This document shows positions 49,891 to 61,875 of a DNA stretch of 64,000 nt, piece by piece; within the stretch, counting starts at the first letter, position 1; each line of letters opens with the position of its first letter. Location of the stretch: positions 38,566,001-38,630,000 of the forward strand of contig CM059432.1 of NCBI GenBank assembly GCA_030390025.1. The letters are read 5' to 3'. The notes below the pieces were generated by a model, which had not been told where the DNA came from, did no database searches, and saw only the letters and a program-made list of their open reading frames with translations. Origin of the DNA: Squalus acanthias (lineage: Eukaryota). Position numbers and translations under genes: made by a program.

Positions 49891-50226
49891 GTAACCCCAC
49901 CTGACGTAGAGTCATCCAGACTCGAGTCGTCGTTGGCTTGTTCTCTCTACACAGATGTGGCCGGACCTGCTGTGATTTCCAGCAAAAAAAGTTTTTTGTT
50001 TTCCATACAGACCCCAGCATCTGCCACATTTGACCCCTTGTGACCCCACCTCATTGTCTTTGATGTAATGTTTTCCTGACTGACCTGTTTGGACACCATC
50101 CACACCTTTGATTGCCATGATTATCTCTCTGCCGAGGTGTGATAATGGGCAGTTAGAAAGATTAACTGTAATCATCTGGCAGTGTTCTCTGACTATATAT
50201 GCTGTGCCCATATGTATTTCTTCACT

Positions 50227-50263
50227 TCACCTGATGAAGGAGCAGCGCTCCGAAAGCTTGTGA
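50227..50263 (+). ncRNA. Minimal type I hammerhead ribozyme motif
   Basis: TCAC-CTGATGA-A-GGAGC AGC GCTCC-GAAAGCTT-GTGA. Confidence 0.8.
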
Positions 50264-51863
50264 TTTCAAATAAAGCTGTTGGACTATAACCTGGTGTTAT
50301 GCGACTTCTCACATTTGTCCACCCCAGTCCAACACCGGCATCTCCACATTAAAGCAGAGAGGTTTAGAGGAGATTTGATAGAGCTGTTCAAAATCTTGAA
50401 AGGCTTTGATAGAATAAATAAGGAGAAACTGTTTCCAGTGGCAGAAGGGTTGGTAACCAGAGGACACAGATTTAGGTAATTAGCAAAAGAACCAGAGGCA
50501 GCATGAGGGAAAAAAAATTTACGCAGCGAGTTATGATCTGGAATGCACTACCTGAAAGGGTGGTGGAAGCAGATTTAATATTAATTTTCAAAAGGGAATT
50601 GGATAAATAATTGAAGGGGAAAATTCGCAGGGCTAGAGGGAAAGAGCAGGGCAGTGGGACTAATTGGATAGCTCTTTCAAAGAGGCAGCACAGGCACGAT
50701 GGGCAGAATGGCCTCCTGTTCTGTATCATCCTATGATTCTATGATAATATGCTACTGAACCTATTAAATTTGATTTGGATGTGTGTGTCTATAATATATA
50801 TATTACACACACATATATTTAAATATATTTTTTTATTCAAAAAGTGAATTCAAGTGAAGAAAGAAAGAAAGCAGATAATAACCAGTTTATCTATTTTGGT
50901 TGTGTTGGTTGAGGGAGAAATGTTGGTTAACTGCCTTGCTCTTCTTCAAAAAGGGAATTTTATGTCCATCTGAACCCACAGACATAGCCTTGGTTTAATG
51001 TCTCATCCAAAAGTTGGCATGATAAAATTAAACTAATTTATTAAACACAGTTGAACTCTCACTATATTACCTTTCCCTGAAATTCCATGGGTTTCTCCCG
51101 GTCTTCTGGTGTTACTACAGCAGGAGATCAGCAGAATACCCAGGGAAATGGTGCAGCAGCCAATTTTCTCCGTGAACACCATTTCCCTGAAATCCTTGGC
51201 ATTCATAAGGAATTTCCTCAATGTTCCATTTAACCGATTGTCCAGTAACTACTTCTTGTGAAAGATGACTCAACCGGATTAGTAAAGCTCTTTGGGATAA
51301 TTTTATTTAAAATACGTCAAGCAAATAATCTTTCAAGTTATAAAAATGCAAGGTTCAAAATAGGATAGAGTTAAGTCGTGAAGAAATAAATGTTTGCATT
51401 CTTATAGCCTCGAACATAAAGCTTAGTTAAGCTTCTTCCCTGAACAACTCTTTCAAGGAAGTGAAAACTTCAGCAGCAAATTAAATACCCTTTGTGTCAA
51501 AACACGATTAGCAACAGGATAACTAATCCTCTCAAAAAAAGTCTCCAGCTACCAAGAGAGATCTACATAGTTAATGTCTTTGCTGCATTGTAGGCAGCTG
51601 CATTTGTATGGTACTTAGAGACTTTCCAGATTAGAGTATCTGAAGAGTGAACAATTATTAAGATTTGGTCACTTGTTACTCTTTATTTTTATAGATAGGT
51701 AATGATCAAAATAGATTGCTCATGTAAGGCCAATGTTGGACTGGGTGTTAAATGTTAAGGATTCCTTTCAAAACAACAAGATGGAAGAATTATATGGTTA
51801 ATATTGACTATGATTCTAACAGGAGATTATTGTATCAATTATTGGTGCGGCTGGAATAACAAT

Positions 51864-52626
51864 GGGCCAGAAATTCGGCTCTTGTCGGGTGAGTACGCGC
51901 TGTGTACTCACCCGTAAGGCCACCTGAAGTGTCGGTTTCCTGCATGCACTGCGCATGCGCAGGAAACCGGAACTTCCGTTCCCCTGAAGGGAGGGGTTCA
52001 GAAGTCGAACGCGTGCGCGGGAGAGGCTGCGCGCACGCAGCGAACTTCAGTTTTTTTTTCAGGTTTCTCCGGGAGGGTAAGTATGAAGAAGCTGCACTTT
52101 TAAAAAGGAGGCGCAAGGCCTGTTTTTAACAAGGTAAGTGGTTAATTAATTACAATTTAAACATTTTTTCAACAGTTTTATCTTTTTTAGATACTTTAAA
52201 GAAAGGTAAGTTTATTTTTAGCACCGTTAAAAAGTATAATTAATTTTTTCAAAAATTTAAATTTTTGTTTAAAGTAGTTAATTTATGTAACTTATAGTTA
52301 TTTTAAAAATGTGATTTTTTAAAAAATTTATTTTAAGTTTAAGTGTGGTTTTGGGGCCGATCTCTATTCATAGATTTGACAGGTCTTCCTGTCAAATCTA
52401 TGAATGAAAATGCCCTGCTAGGATTGGCTCTCCATGGCCCACGTGATCCCAGGGGACGCTTCGAACTAACTGCGCCCCTGGGATACGCAAGCACTGCGCG
52501 CCGACAGCTGGAGGAGGCCCAGGACCCGAAGTCCTCGTGGGCCCAAAGCACAACTGCAGGCGGGATAGGCAAGTACGCGCGCGATGCTTGCACCCGCAGG
52601 AACCCGGTAAGCCGAATTTCTGGCCC
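51864..52626. mobile_element. MITE family B, copy 3 (inverted relative to copies 1 and 2)
   Basis: Perfect 17-bp TIR GGGCCAGAAATTCGGCT; exact AAT TSD. Confidence 0.92.
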
Positions 52627-53052
52627 AATATTAACAGTCGGAGACTGATGGCTGTAGAATGTGAAATGAACTGGCAAGAAAGGAGTTATACTAAAGACTG
52701 CAAGGCGTTCTCTGTCCTCCAGCAGGAAGCTCTATGCAGCTGACTTATTCCGATGTGCAGAGCTCTTTGCACCGGCAGCTATTTTCCAATGATAGCAGAG
52801 CCGAATGGCAGCATCTGCTTTCTCATAACATGAAGGAAACTCAATATTAAGTATAAAGAGTGACCAGAGATCCATTTTTAAAACTTGGCTTCACTCTGGA
52901 TTGGAGTTATACTTCACCCTTTTTTGAAGCCATGTGAACTGACTGCTTCACACTACTTGGCTTTGTGTGCTTAGGAATCAGATAAGAACCTGTCTCTGAG
53001 TTATGTTGCTGTAAGAATGGCTTTCACAAAAGTGCTTTCATTGTCCTCCATG

Positions 53053-53500
53053 GGTGTCAGCGGTGGCACAGTTGGTAGCACTCTCGCCTCTAAGTCAGAA
53101 GGTTGTGGGTTCAATTATCACTCCAGAGACTTAAATACAAAATCTAGGCTAACGCTTCAGTGCAGTACCACTGGAGTTCTGCATTATCGGAGGTGCCATC
53201 TTTCAAATGAGACTCTAAACCCAAGGCCCTGTCTGCCCTCTCAGGTGGATGTAAAAAATCCCACAACACTATTTCAAAGAAGAGCAGGAGAGTTTGCCCT
53301 GGTGTCCTTCCCAATGTTTATCCCTCAACCAATATCACTAAAACAGACCAACTGGTCATTATCACATTGCTGTTTGTGGGAGCTTGCTGTGCACAAATTG
53401 GCTGCCATGTTACCTACACTTCAATAGTACTACATTGGGGTTGTAAAGCATTTTGGGACATCCTGAGGTTGTGAAAGGTACTGTATAAATCCAAGTTCTT
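53053..53500 (+). mobile_element. DeuSINE-like SINE
   Basis: Homologous to 3752-4207. Confidence 0.65.
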
Positions 53501-55264
53501 TTTTTCATAATGTGCACAGCTTTAATCCTCTCCAACCCCACCCACCATCTTCCCCCCTCTTTATAATACCAGGAGACCTTAAACTATTATATAAATAGTT
53601 TAAAACTTTCATTGCTCACATGCAAATTGATGCGGTGTTTCCCGACAGCAGTTACTGCATTTCATAAGTAACTAATTAGCTGTGAAGCACCTTTGGGAGG
53701 TGCTGAGGATGTGAATGATGCTACATAGAAAATAACTTTCATTTATTGGTTAGGAAACCATTCAAAATTATAGAATGCAATAAATCTGTCCTGGAACAGA
53801 ATTTAAAAAAAAATTTTCATTAATCTGTGAATAGAGTATACTTTTGTCCACAGCTAAGGGAATTAATAACAAAACTTACCAATAAGTGATACACTACAGA
53901 CAAAGTTTATCCTCCGACATAAAAGTAAACACTTAAGATTGCAAGTCACAACAATCCTTTTCTTCTCTACAATGGCTACAACCATAACGTTAGTGGTGCC
54001 TTTTATTCTATCGTTCTGCATAATCATTTCCTTATTTTTTGCCAACCCTCTGTAATGTGATCTCTAGGACCCACTTGCAATAATCTACCCTTAACTACTT
54101 TTACAACAATTTCTTTGGACATAAAGTTGCAATGTGATATTGCCTGAAGCCTTTCACGAAACATTAAACCAGTAATTAGGATTCAATTAAAATCAGATTT
54201 GGAGATATGAGGGTAAACAAGTTCAGCAAACGTTATTGATACTAACAGATAGGGGAAACCCTTTGTTCAGGGCAAACAAAAATGTAATTGTTATAGCTCG
54301 GTACCACCACGCCCGTCCCCCCCCCCCCCCACACCCCCTCCACCCCCAAACCTTTTCATGTTTAAATGTCTTGACAGTGTCCATAAGCAGAGCGAGGTCT
54401 CCCTAAGGGACACCCAACATGGTTTCATAAAAAGGTCATGTCTTACAAATCTAATTGTATTTTTTGAAGAAGTTTCAAGGTTGGTGGTTGAGGGAAGTCC
54501 AGTAGACTTCCAAAAAGCTTTTGATAAGGTACTGCACAAGAGGCTTCTTTATAAGATTGAAGCCTCTGGTATTAGTGGTAATATATTGAGCTGGTTTAAG
54601 AACTGGCTGGCAGGACGTAGGCAAAAAGTAGTTATAGATGGATTTGGATCTGTTTGGGGATCGGTCACCAGTGGTGTCCCATAGAGATCGGTGTTGAGAC
54701 CGTTGCTTTTTACTATTTTTATTAATGATCTGGATGTAGATGTTGGGGGCACCATCTACAATTTTGCAGATGATACTAAGATCTTTGCAAGTGTTAGGAC
54801 TGTAGACAATGCTCGTCTGCTTCAGGCAGATCATAGAATCATAGAACTTTACGGCACAGAAGGAGGCCATTCAACCCATCGTGTCTGTGCCGGCTGAAAA
54901 AGAGCTATCCAGCCTAATCCCACATTCCAGCTTTTGGTCCGTAGCCTTGTAGGTTACAGCAATCCAAGTACACATCCAAGTACTTTCTAAATGTGATGAG
55001 CGTTTCTGCCTCTACCATCCTAGCTCCCTAAAACCTGCCTGCAGGACCTCATTCCTCTTTCTACCTATGTCATTGGTAGAAAGAGGGATCTTAATGTGTT
55101 GGGAGATTGGGCTCATGACTGGCAAACGATATATAACTTGGATAAGCGCAGTGTTATGCATGTGGGCAGGACAAATGCTCAACATTCATACATCCTTCAG
55201 GGAAAAGCATTAAAGAAGGTGGAGATAGAGAGAGATTTGGGCATTCTAGCACATACATCTTTGT

Positions 55265-57945
55265 TTTTATTCGTTCCTGGGAAGTGGGCATCACTGTCAA
55301 GGCTAGCATTTATTGTCCATCACTAATTGCCCTTGAGAAGGTGGTGGTCAGCCAACTTCTTGAACCACTGCAGTCCGTGTGGTGAAGGTACTCCCACAGT
55401 GCTGTTAGGGAGGGAGTTCCAGGATTTTGACCCAGCGACGATGAAGGAACAGCGATATATTTCCAAGTCAGGATAATGCGTAACTTGGAGGTGTAACTTG
55501 GAGGGGAACTTGCAAGTTATGGTTTTCCCATGCTCCTGCTGCCCTTGTCCTTCTAGGTGGAAGAGGTCGCGGGTTTGGGAGGTGCTGCAGAAGGTGCCTT
55601 GGTGAGTTGCTGCAGTGCATCTTGTAGATGGTACACACTGCAGCCATGGTACGCCGGTGGTGCAGGGAGTGAATGTTTAAGATGGTGTATGGGGTGCCAA
55701 TCAAGTGGGCTGCTTTGTCCTAGATGGTGCCAAGCTTCTTGAGTGTTGTTGGAGCTGCACTCATCCAGGCAAGTGGAGAGTATTCTATCACACTCCTGAC
55801 TTGTGCCTTGTAGATTATCAGCAAAGTGATGGAAGGAAAGGCTTTGGGGAGTCAGGAGATGAGACACTCACCACAGAATACCCAGCCTCTGACATGCTCT
55901 TGTAGCCACAGTACTTATGTGACTAGTCCAGTTAAGTTTCTGGTCAATGGTGACTACCAGGATGTTGATGATGGGGGATTCGGCGATGGTAATGCTGTTG
56001 AATGTCAAGGGGCAGTGGTTAGACTCACTTGTTGGAGATGATGATTGCCTGGCACTTGTGTGCCGTGAATATTACTTGCCACTTATCAGCCCAAGCCTGA
56101 ATGTCGTCCTGGTCGTGCTGCAGTCGGGCATGGACTGCTTCATTATCTGAGGAGTTGCGAATGGAACTGAACACTGTGCAATCATCAGTGAGCATCCCCA
56201 CTTCTGACCTTATGGTGTAGGGAAGGTCATTGATGAAGCAGCTGAAGATGGTTGGGCCTAGGACACTGCCCTGAGGAACTCCTGCAGCGAAGTCCTGGGG
56301 CTGTGATGATTGACCTCCAACAACTACAACAATCTTCCTTTGTGCTAGGTATGACTCCATTGATTTCAATTTTACTAGGGTCCCTTGATGCCACACTTAG
56401 CCAAATGCTGCTTTGATGTCAAGGGTAGTCACTCTCACCTCACCTCTGTAATTCAACTCCTTTGTCCATCTTTGGACCAAGGCTGTAATGAGGTCTGGAG
56501 CCGAGTGGTCCTAGCAGAAACCAAACTGAGCATTGGTGAGCAGGCTATTGGTGAGTAAGTGCCGTTTGATAGCACTGTCGACGACACCTTTCATCACTTT
56601 GCTGATGATTGAGAGTAGACTGATGGGGTGTATGTGGTCGGATTGGATTTGTCTTGCTTTTTGTGGACAGGACGTACCTGGGCAGTTTTCCACATTGTCG
56701 GGTAGATGCCAGTGTTGTAGCTGTACTGGAAAAGCTTGGCTAGAGGCATGGCTAGTTCTGCAAGTCTTCAGCACGACAGCCAGGATGTTGTCAGGGCTCA
56801 TAGCCTTTTCTGTATCCAGTGCGCTCAGCCTTTTCTTGATATCACGTGGAGTGAATTGAATTGGCTGAAGACTGGCTTCTGTGATGGTGGGAACCTCAGG
56901 AGGATGCCGATATGGATCATCCACTCGACACTTCTGGCTAAAGATGGTTGCAAACGCTTCAGCCTTGTCTTTTGCACTCACGTGCTGGGCTCCGTCATCA
57001 TTGAGGATGGGGATATTCATGGAGCTTCCTCCTCCCGTTAGTTGTTTAATTGTTCACCACCATTCACGACTGGATGCGGCAGGACTACAGAGCTTTGATC
57101 TGATCTGTTGATTGTGGGATCGCTTAGCCCTGTCTATAGCATGCTGCTTCCTCTGTTTAGCATGCATATAGTCCTGTGTTTCAGCTTCCCCAGGTTGGCA
57201 TCTCATTTTTAGGTATGCCTGGTGCTGCTCCTGGCATGCTCTTCTGCACTCCGCATTGAATCAGGTTTGGTCCCCTTGCTTGATGGTAATGGTAGAGTGA
57301 GGGATATGCTGGGCCATGAAGTTACAGATTGTGGTGGAATACAATTCTGCTGCTGATGGCCCACAGTGCCTCATGGATGCTCAGTTTTGAGCAGCTAGAT
57401 CTGTTCTGAATCTATTCTATTGAGCACGGTGTTGGTGCCACACAACCAAATGGAGGGTGTCCTCAGTGTGAAGACGGGATTTTGTCTCCACAAGGACTGT
57501 GCGAGGGTCACTGCTACCAGTGCTGTCATGGACAGATGCATCTGCGACAGGTAGATTGGTGAAGATGAGGTCAAGTAGGTTTTTCCCTCGTGTTGGTTCT
57601 CTCACCACCTGTCGCAGGCCCAGTCTGCCAGCTATGTCCTTCAGGACTCGGCCAGCTTGGTCAGTAGTATTGCTACCGAGCCACTCTTGGTGATGGACAT
57701 TGAAGTCCCCCACCCAGAGTACATTCTGTGCCCTTGCTACCCTCAGTGCTTCTTCCAAGTGGTATTGAACATGGAGGAGTACTGATTCATCAGCTGAGTG
57801 AGGGCAGTAAGTGGTAAGCTGAAAAGTATGATTCTGTGAGTATGGCTATGTCAGGCTGTTGCATGACTAGTCTGTGGGACAGCTCTCCCAATTTTGGCAC
57901 AAGTCGGCAGATGTTAGTGAGGAGGACTTTGCAGGGTCGATTGGG
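55265..57945 (-). mobile_element. Long L2/CR1-superfamily LINE ORF2 (endonuclease to 3' end), decayed
   Basis: [45 protein letters not shown]. Confidence 0.85.
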
Positions 57946-58035
57946 TCGAAAGGTACATGAGCAATGCCGTGAAGCAAAAGCTAGAGCCAATAGGGTGTCA
58001 GGGTGTATCCATTGGACAATTCATTATAAGACAGA

Positions 58036-58911
58036 GGGGGAAAATTCGGTTGCTTTGCGCCTCCCGTTAGCGCCCTAAGAGGGCGCTAATGGGGCGCAAA
58101 GCAACTAGCGCCCAGGCGCAACAATGTTCGCGCCGCTCGCGAAATTGACCAGACATTCTGTGGCGGCGCTATACACTACCGCCACGATCTCCTGCGCCTG
58201 CAGATCGTGACGTCAGTCGAGCGTGCAATGCCCCGGTAGCGCCCCGGAGCGGATATTGAGTGGCGCCCCCTGCCTTTCCGCCTGCCACTAGCAACGACAG
58301 GTTGAGGGGAACGTTTTGCAGTCGGGAAGGGACTGGGGGAGCGCTATTTAAAGGCAACCGCTTCCTGCCTTTTTTTGTCGGCGACGTTTTTGCACCACGC
58401 ATTCTGAGAGAGAGAGACTTCTGGAGAGATTCAACGCTGTGTGAAGGAGTTTTGGGTACTGAGCAGCACTTTGCAGGTTCATTTTGATTTGACCTTCCTT
58501 GCATCGATTTAGAAGAGACTTTGGGGGCTGCACTCTGAGCTCTTTCCCTGGGTCTCTCCATTGTTCTTTCCAGCAGAATTGATGTACAGGTCTCTCCAGG
58601 CCGAGATTCAAGGCTGCAATGAGCAGGGTGTGGGTGGAGAGCAAGATCGACCCTCCCCTTTAAGAACTGTGTGTCTGTGTTCCATTGCTGACTGACATCA
58701 CATGAGCTTCGCCAGCGCTCTGAGGTAGCGCCTCACTCCTCAGCGTTAGTGCCTTAAGAGAGGAGTGTAGAGCCTGATTTAGTGCTCCAATCACCTCCAG
58801 GGGCGATAGAAGCCAAGTTTGCAGTCGGAAGCGATAATTAGCGCCAGGCGCTAAACTTTACGCCCGGCTGATAATTGCGCCCCAAACGGGGCGATACCGA
58901 ATTTCTCCCCC
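58036..58911 (-). mobile_element. MITE family A, copy 3
   Basis: Reverse complement of copies 1 and 2; TIR GGGGGAAAATTCGGT / ACCGAATTTCTCCCCC. Confidence 0.9.
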
Positions 58912-59005
58912 AAAGCATACTATTTTGTCCTTGTCTAAGACCTTGGTCAGGCCACACTTGGAATGATGTTTCCAGTTTTGTTCTCCTCACTGAGGCTTTG
59001 GAAAG

Positions 59006-59551
59006 GGTACAGTTTTGGTCTCCTTACCTAAGGAAGGATATACTTGCCATCGAGGGAATACAACAAAGGTTCACCAGACTGGTTCCTGGGATGGGGGGAT
59101 TGTCCTATGAGGAGAGATTGAGTAGACTAGGTCTACATTCTCTAGAGTTTAGAAGAATGAGAGGTGATCTCATTGAAACATACAAAATTCTTACAAGGCT
59201 TGACAGGGTAGATGCAGGGAGGATATTTCCCCTGGCTGGGGAGTCTAGAACCAGGGGTCACAGTCTCAGAATAAAGGGTCAACCATTTAGGACTGAGATG
59301 AGGAGAAATTTCTTCATTCAGAGGGTGGTGAATCTTTGGAATTCTCTACCCCAGAGAGCTGTGGAGGCTCAGTCGTTCAGTATATTCAAGACAGAGATCA
59401 ATAGATTTCTGAATATTAAGGGAATCAAGGGATATGGGGATAGTGTAGGAAAGGTGAGATGAGGTAGAAGATCAGCCATGATCTTATTGAATGGCGGCGC
59501 AGGCTCGAAGGGCCAAATGGTCTACTCCTGCTCCTATTTCTTATGTTCTTA
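59006..59551 (+). mobile_element. CR1 3' fragment
   Basis: QFWSPYLRKDILA...; TTCTTATG tail. Confidence 0.9.
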
Positions 59552-60270
59552 TTGTGCAGAAGAGGGCCACTAGACTAATTCCCAATTTAAAGCATCTTAG
59601 TTATCAAGATAGGCTCAAAGACTTGGGACTCTACAGTTTTAGAGAAGCGTAGACTTAGAGGTGATCTGGTTGAGGTTTACAAGATAATGAAGGGAATAGA
59701 TTGTGTCCTAATTAAATGGGTCACAAATTTAAGTTGTATAGGCCAGATCTAGGTTCGATGTCAGGAGATGGTTCTTTTCCCAGAGATTAGTGGACCTCTG
59801 GAACAGGCTGCCGCCTTGTGGGATGGATGCTGAGTCTCTGAATTCCTTCAATCGAGAGTTGGACCTATTCCTTGCTGGGGTGGAGATCACCTCTACTCTG
59901 TAGGTACTGCAGGGAATTCAGGGCCAGAATGATCTCCTGGACTAGTGTCGATCGCCTAGATGTGTCGGAGAGGAATTTCCCAGATTTTTTCCCCCAAGTT
60001 GGCCTGGATTTTTTTAATGTGTTTTAGCCTCTCCCAGGAGATCACATGGTTTTGGGTGGGGTGGAGTGTATATATTATGATACACAAGGTCTCACAATTG
60101 TGTGGGACAGGTTGATGGACCAGAGGGTCTTTACCTGTCCATCATTGTTCGTATGTTCGTAAGAATGGAAGTCTGTGTCTTTATCTTTGTCGTGTTTTGA
60201 GTTAGCATTGTAGGGGGCAATCTGTACTGGAAAATATGCAGGATCCCCACTACATCAGGATACCTACAAG

Positions 60271-60684
60271 TGGCAGCTTGGCTCAGTTAGTAGCACTTTC
60301 ACCTCTGCAACAAACACTCGTGGGTTCAGGCCCACCTATGAACTTGAGCACATAATCTAGACTGACACTTCAGTACAGTACTAAGGGTACTACACTATCA
60401 GAGGTGCGATCTTTTGGATGAGACAGTAAACTGAGGTGCCAAGTCACAGTTCTGGAGGATGTAAAAGATTGTTATTCGAAGAGGAATTCTCCTGGTATCC
60501 TAGTCATCATTCTTCCTTTGTGCAGCACAACTGAAAACAGAATATTTATGTCATTCATCTGCTGGTTGTGGGACATTGCTCTACACAAATTGGCTGTTAT
60601 ATTTTCCTGCATAACAACAGTAATGAATTGGCTGTAAAGTGCTTTGGGGCATCCTGAGGGCCCAAAAAAATCCACGTTCTTTCT
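60271..60684 (+). mobile_element. Degenerate DeuSINE-like SINE
   Basis: Similarity to 3752-4207 (CTTGAGCACATAATCTAG.CTGACACTTCAGT). Confidence 0.6.
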
Positions 60685-60698
60685 TATATCAATTATGA

Positions 60699-60908
60699 TG
60701 CGGAGATGCTGGTGTTGGACTGGGGTGGACAAATGTGAGAAGTCGCACAACACCAGGTTATAGTCCAACAGCTTTATTTGAAATCACAAGCTTTCGGAGC
60801 GCTGCTCCTTCGTCAGGTGAAGTGCCCGACGAAGGAGCAGTGCTCCGAAAGCTTGTGATTTCAAATAAAGCTGTTGGACTATAACCTGGTGTTGTGCGAC
60901 TTCTCACA
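60699..60908. mobile_element. 210-bp palindromic Penelope mini-insertion with a hammerhead motif (60784-60820, minus)
   Basis: Near-identical to the termini of 48066-50348; 14-bp TSD TATATCAATTATGA. Confidence 0.9.
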
Positions 60909-61029
60909 TATATCAATTATGACAATCCAGACAATGGAAAATATTGTACTGTTATACCAGTTTATAAGGGATAAATGGCTGTCCTAGATTTATGCAGAAA
61001 TAAAATGATACACAAAAGCAAAAACAACT

Positions 61030-61875
61030 TAGAATCATAGAATGGTTACAGCACAGAAGGAGGCCATTCGGCCCGTCGAGCCCGTGCCAACGCTCTGCAA
61101 CAGCACTTCAGTTAGTCCCACTCCCCTGCCTTTTCCCCATAGCCCTGCAATTTTTTTCCTTCAGTTACTTATCCAATTCCCTTTTGAAAGCCACGATTGA
61201 ATCTGCCTCCACCACCATCTCAGCCAATGCATTTCCGATCCTAACCATTCGCTGCATAAAAATGTTTTCCCTCATGTCGCCTTTGGTTCTTCTGCCAATC
61301 ACCTTAAATCTGTGTCCTCTGGTTCTCGACCCTTCCACCAATGGGAACAGTTTCTCTCTATCTACTTTGTCTTGGCTCATCATGATTTTGAACATCTCGA
61401 TCAGATATCCTCTCAATCTTCTTTGCTCTAAGGAGAACAACCCCAGCTTCTCCAGTCTATTCACGTAACAGAAGTCCCTCATCCCTGGAACCATTTTTAT
61501 AAATCTTTTCTGCACCCTCTCTGTGACCTTCAGATCCGTGCTAAAGTGCGGCGCCCAGAATTGGACACAATACTCCAGTCGAGGCTGAACCAGTGTTTTA
61601 TAAAGGTTCATCACAACTTCTTTGCTTTTGTACTCTATGCCTCTATTTATGAAGCCCAGGATTCTGTATGCTTTTTTAACCACATTCTCAACCTGCCCTG
61701 CCACCTTCAACGATTTGTGTACATATACCCCCAGGTCTCTCTGTTCCTGCACCCCCTTTAGAATTGTACCCTTTAGTTTATATTGCCTCTCCTTGTTCTT
61801 CCTACCAAAATGTATCACTTCGCACTTTTCTGCGTTAAATTTCATCTGCCACGTGTCCGTCCATTCCACCAGCCT
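61030..61875 (-). mobile_element. CR1 3' fragment
   Basis: WQMKFNAEKC, RLEYCVQFW; related to 30668-32183. Confidence 0.9.

Larger units (their letters stand above)
48066..50348. mobile_element. Penelope-like element (GIY-YIG type, probably Neptune clade) with inverted pseudo-LTRs
   Basis: Minus strand: GTAMGTKFAPQYANIFM, RYIDD, FLDT, LYRKP RT motifs and a Cys-rich linker; plus strand: NVVYLIRC...WYIGET; 12-bp TSD TTAAAGCAGAGA. Confidence 0.92.
47826..50743 (+). mobile_element. CR1 3' portion interrupted by the Penelope element
   Basis: VKKAY..LGFI, ALERVQRRF, LEKLGLFSL | RGDLIE; TATGATTC tail. Confidence 0.85.
54400..60160 (+). mobile_element. Old CR1 RT and 3' end fragmented by nested insertions (CR1 tail ~54832-55020, L2-like element, MITE A, younger CR1)
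   Basis: [20 protein letters not shown], then LGDWAHDWQ, KARANRVSG, KTLVRPHLE and RRLRGDL pieces in order. Confidence 0.7.
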
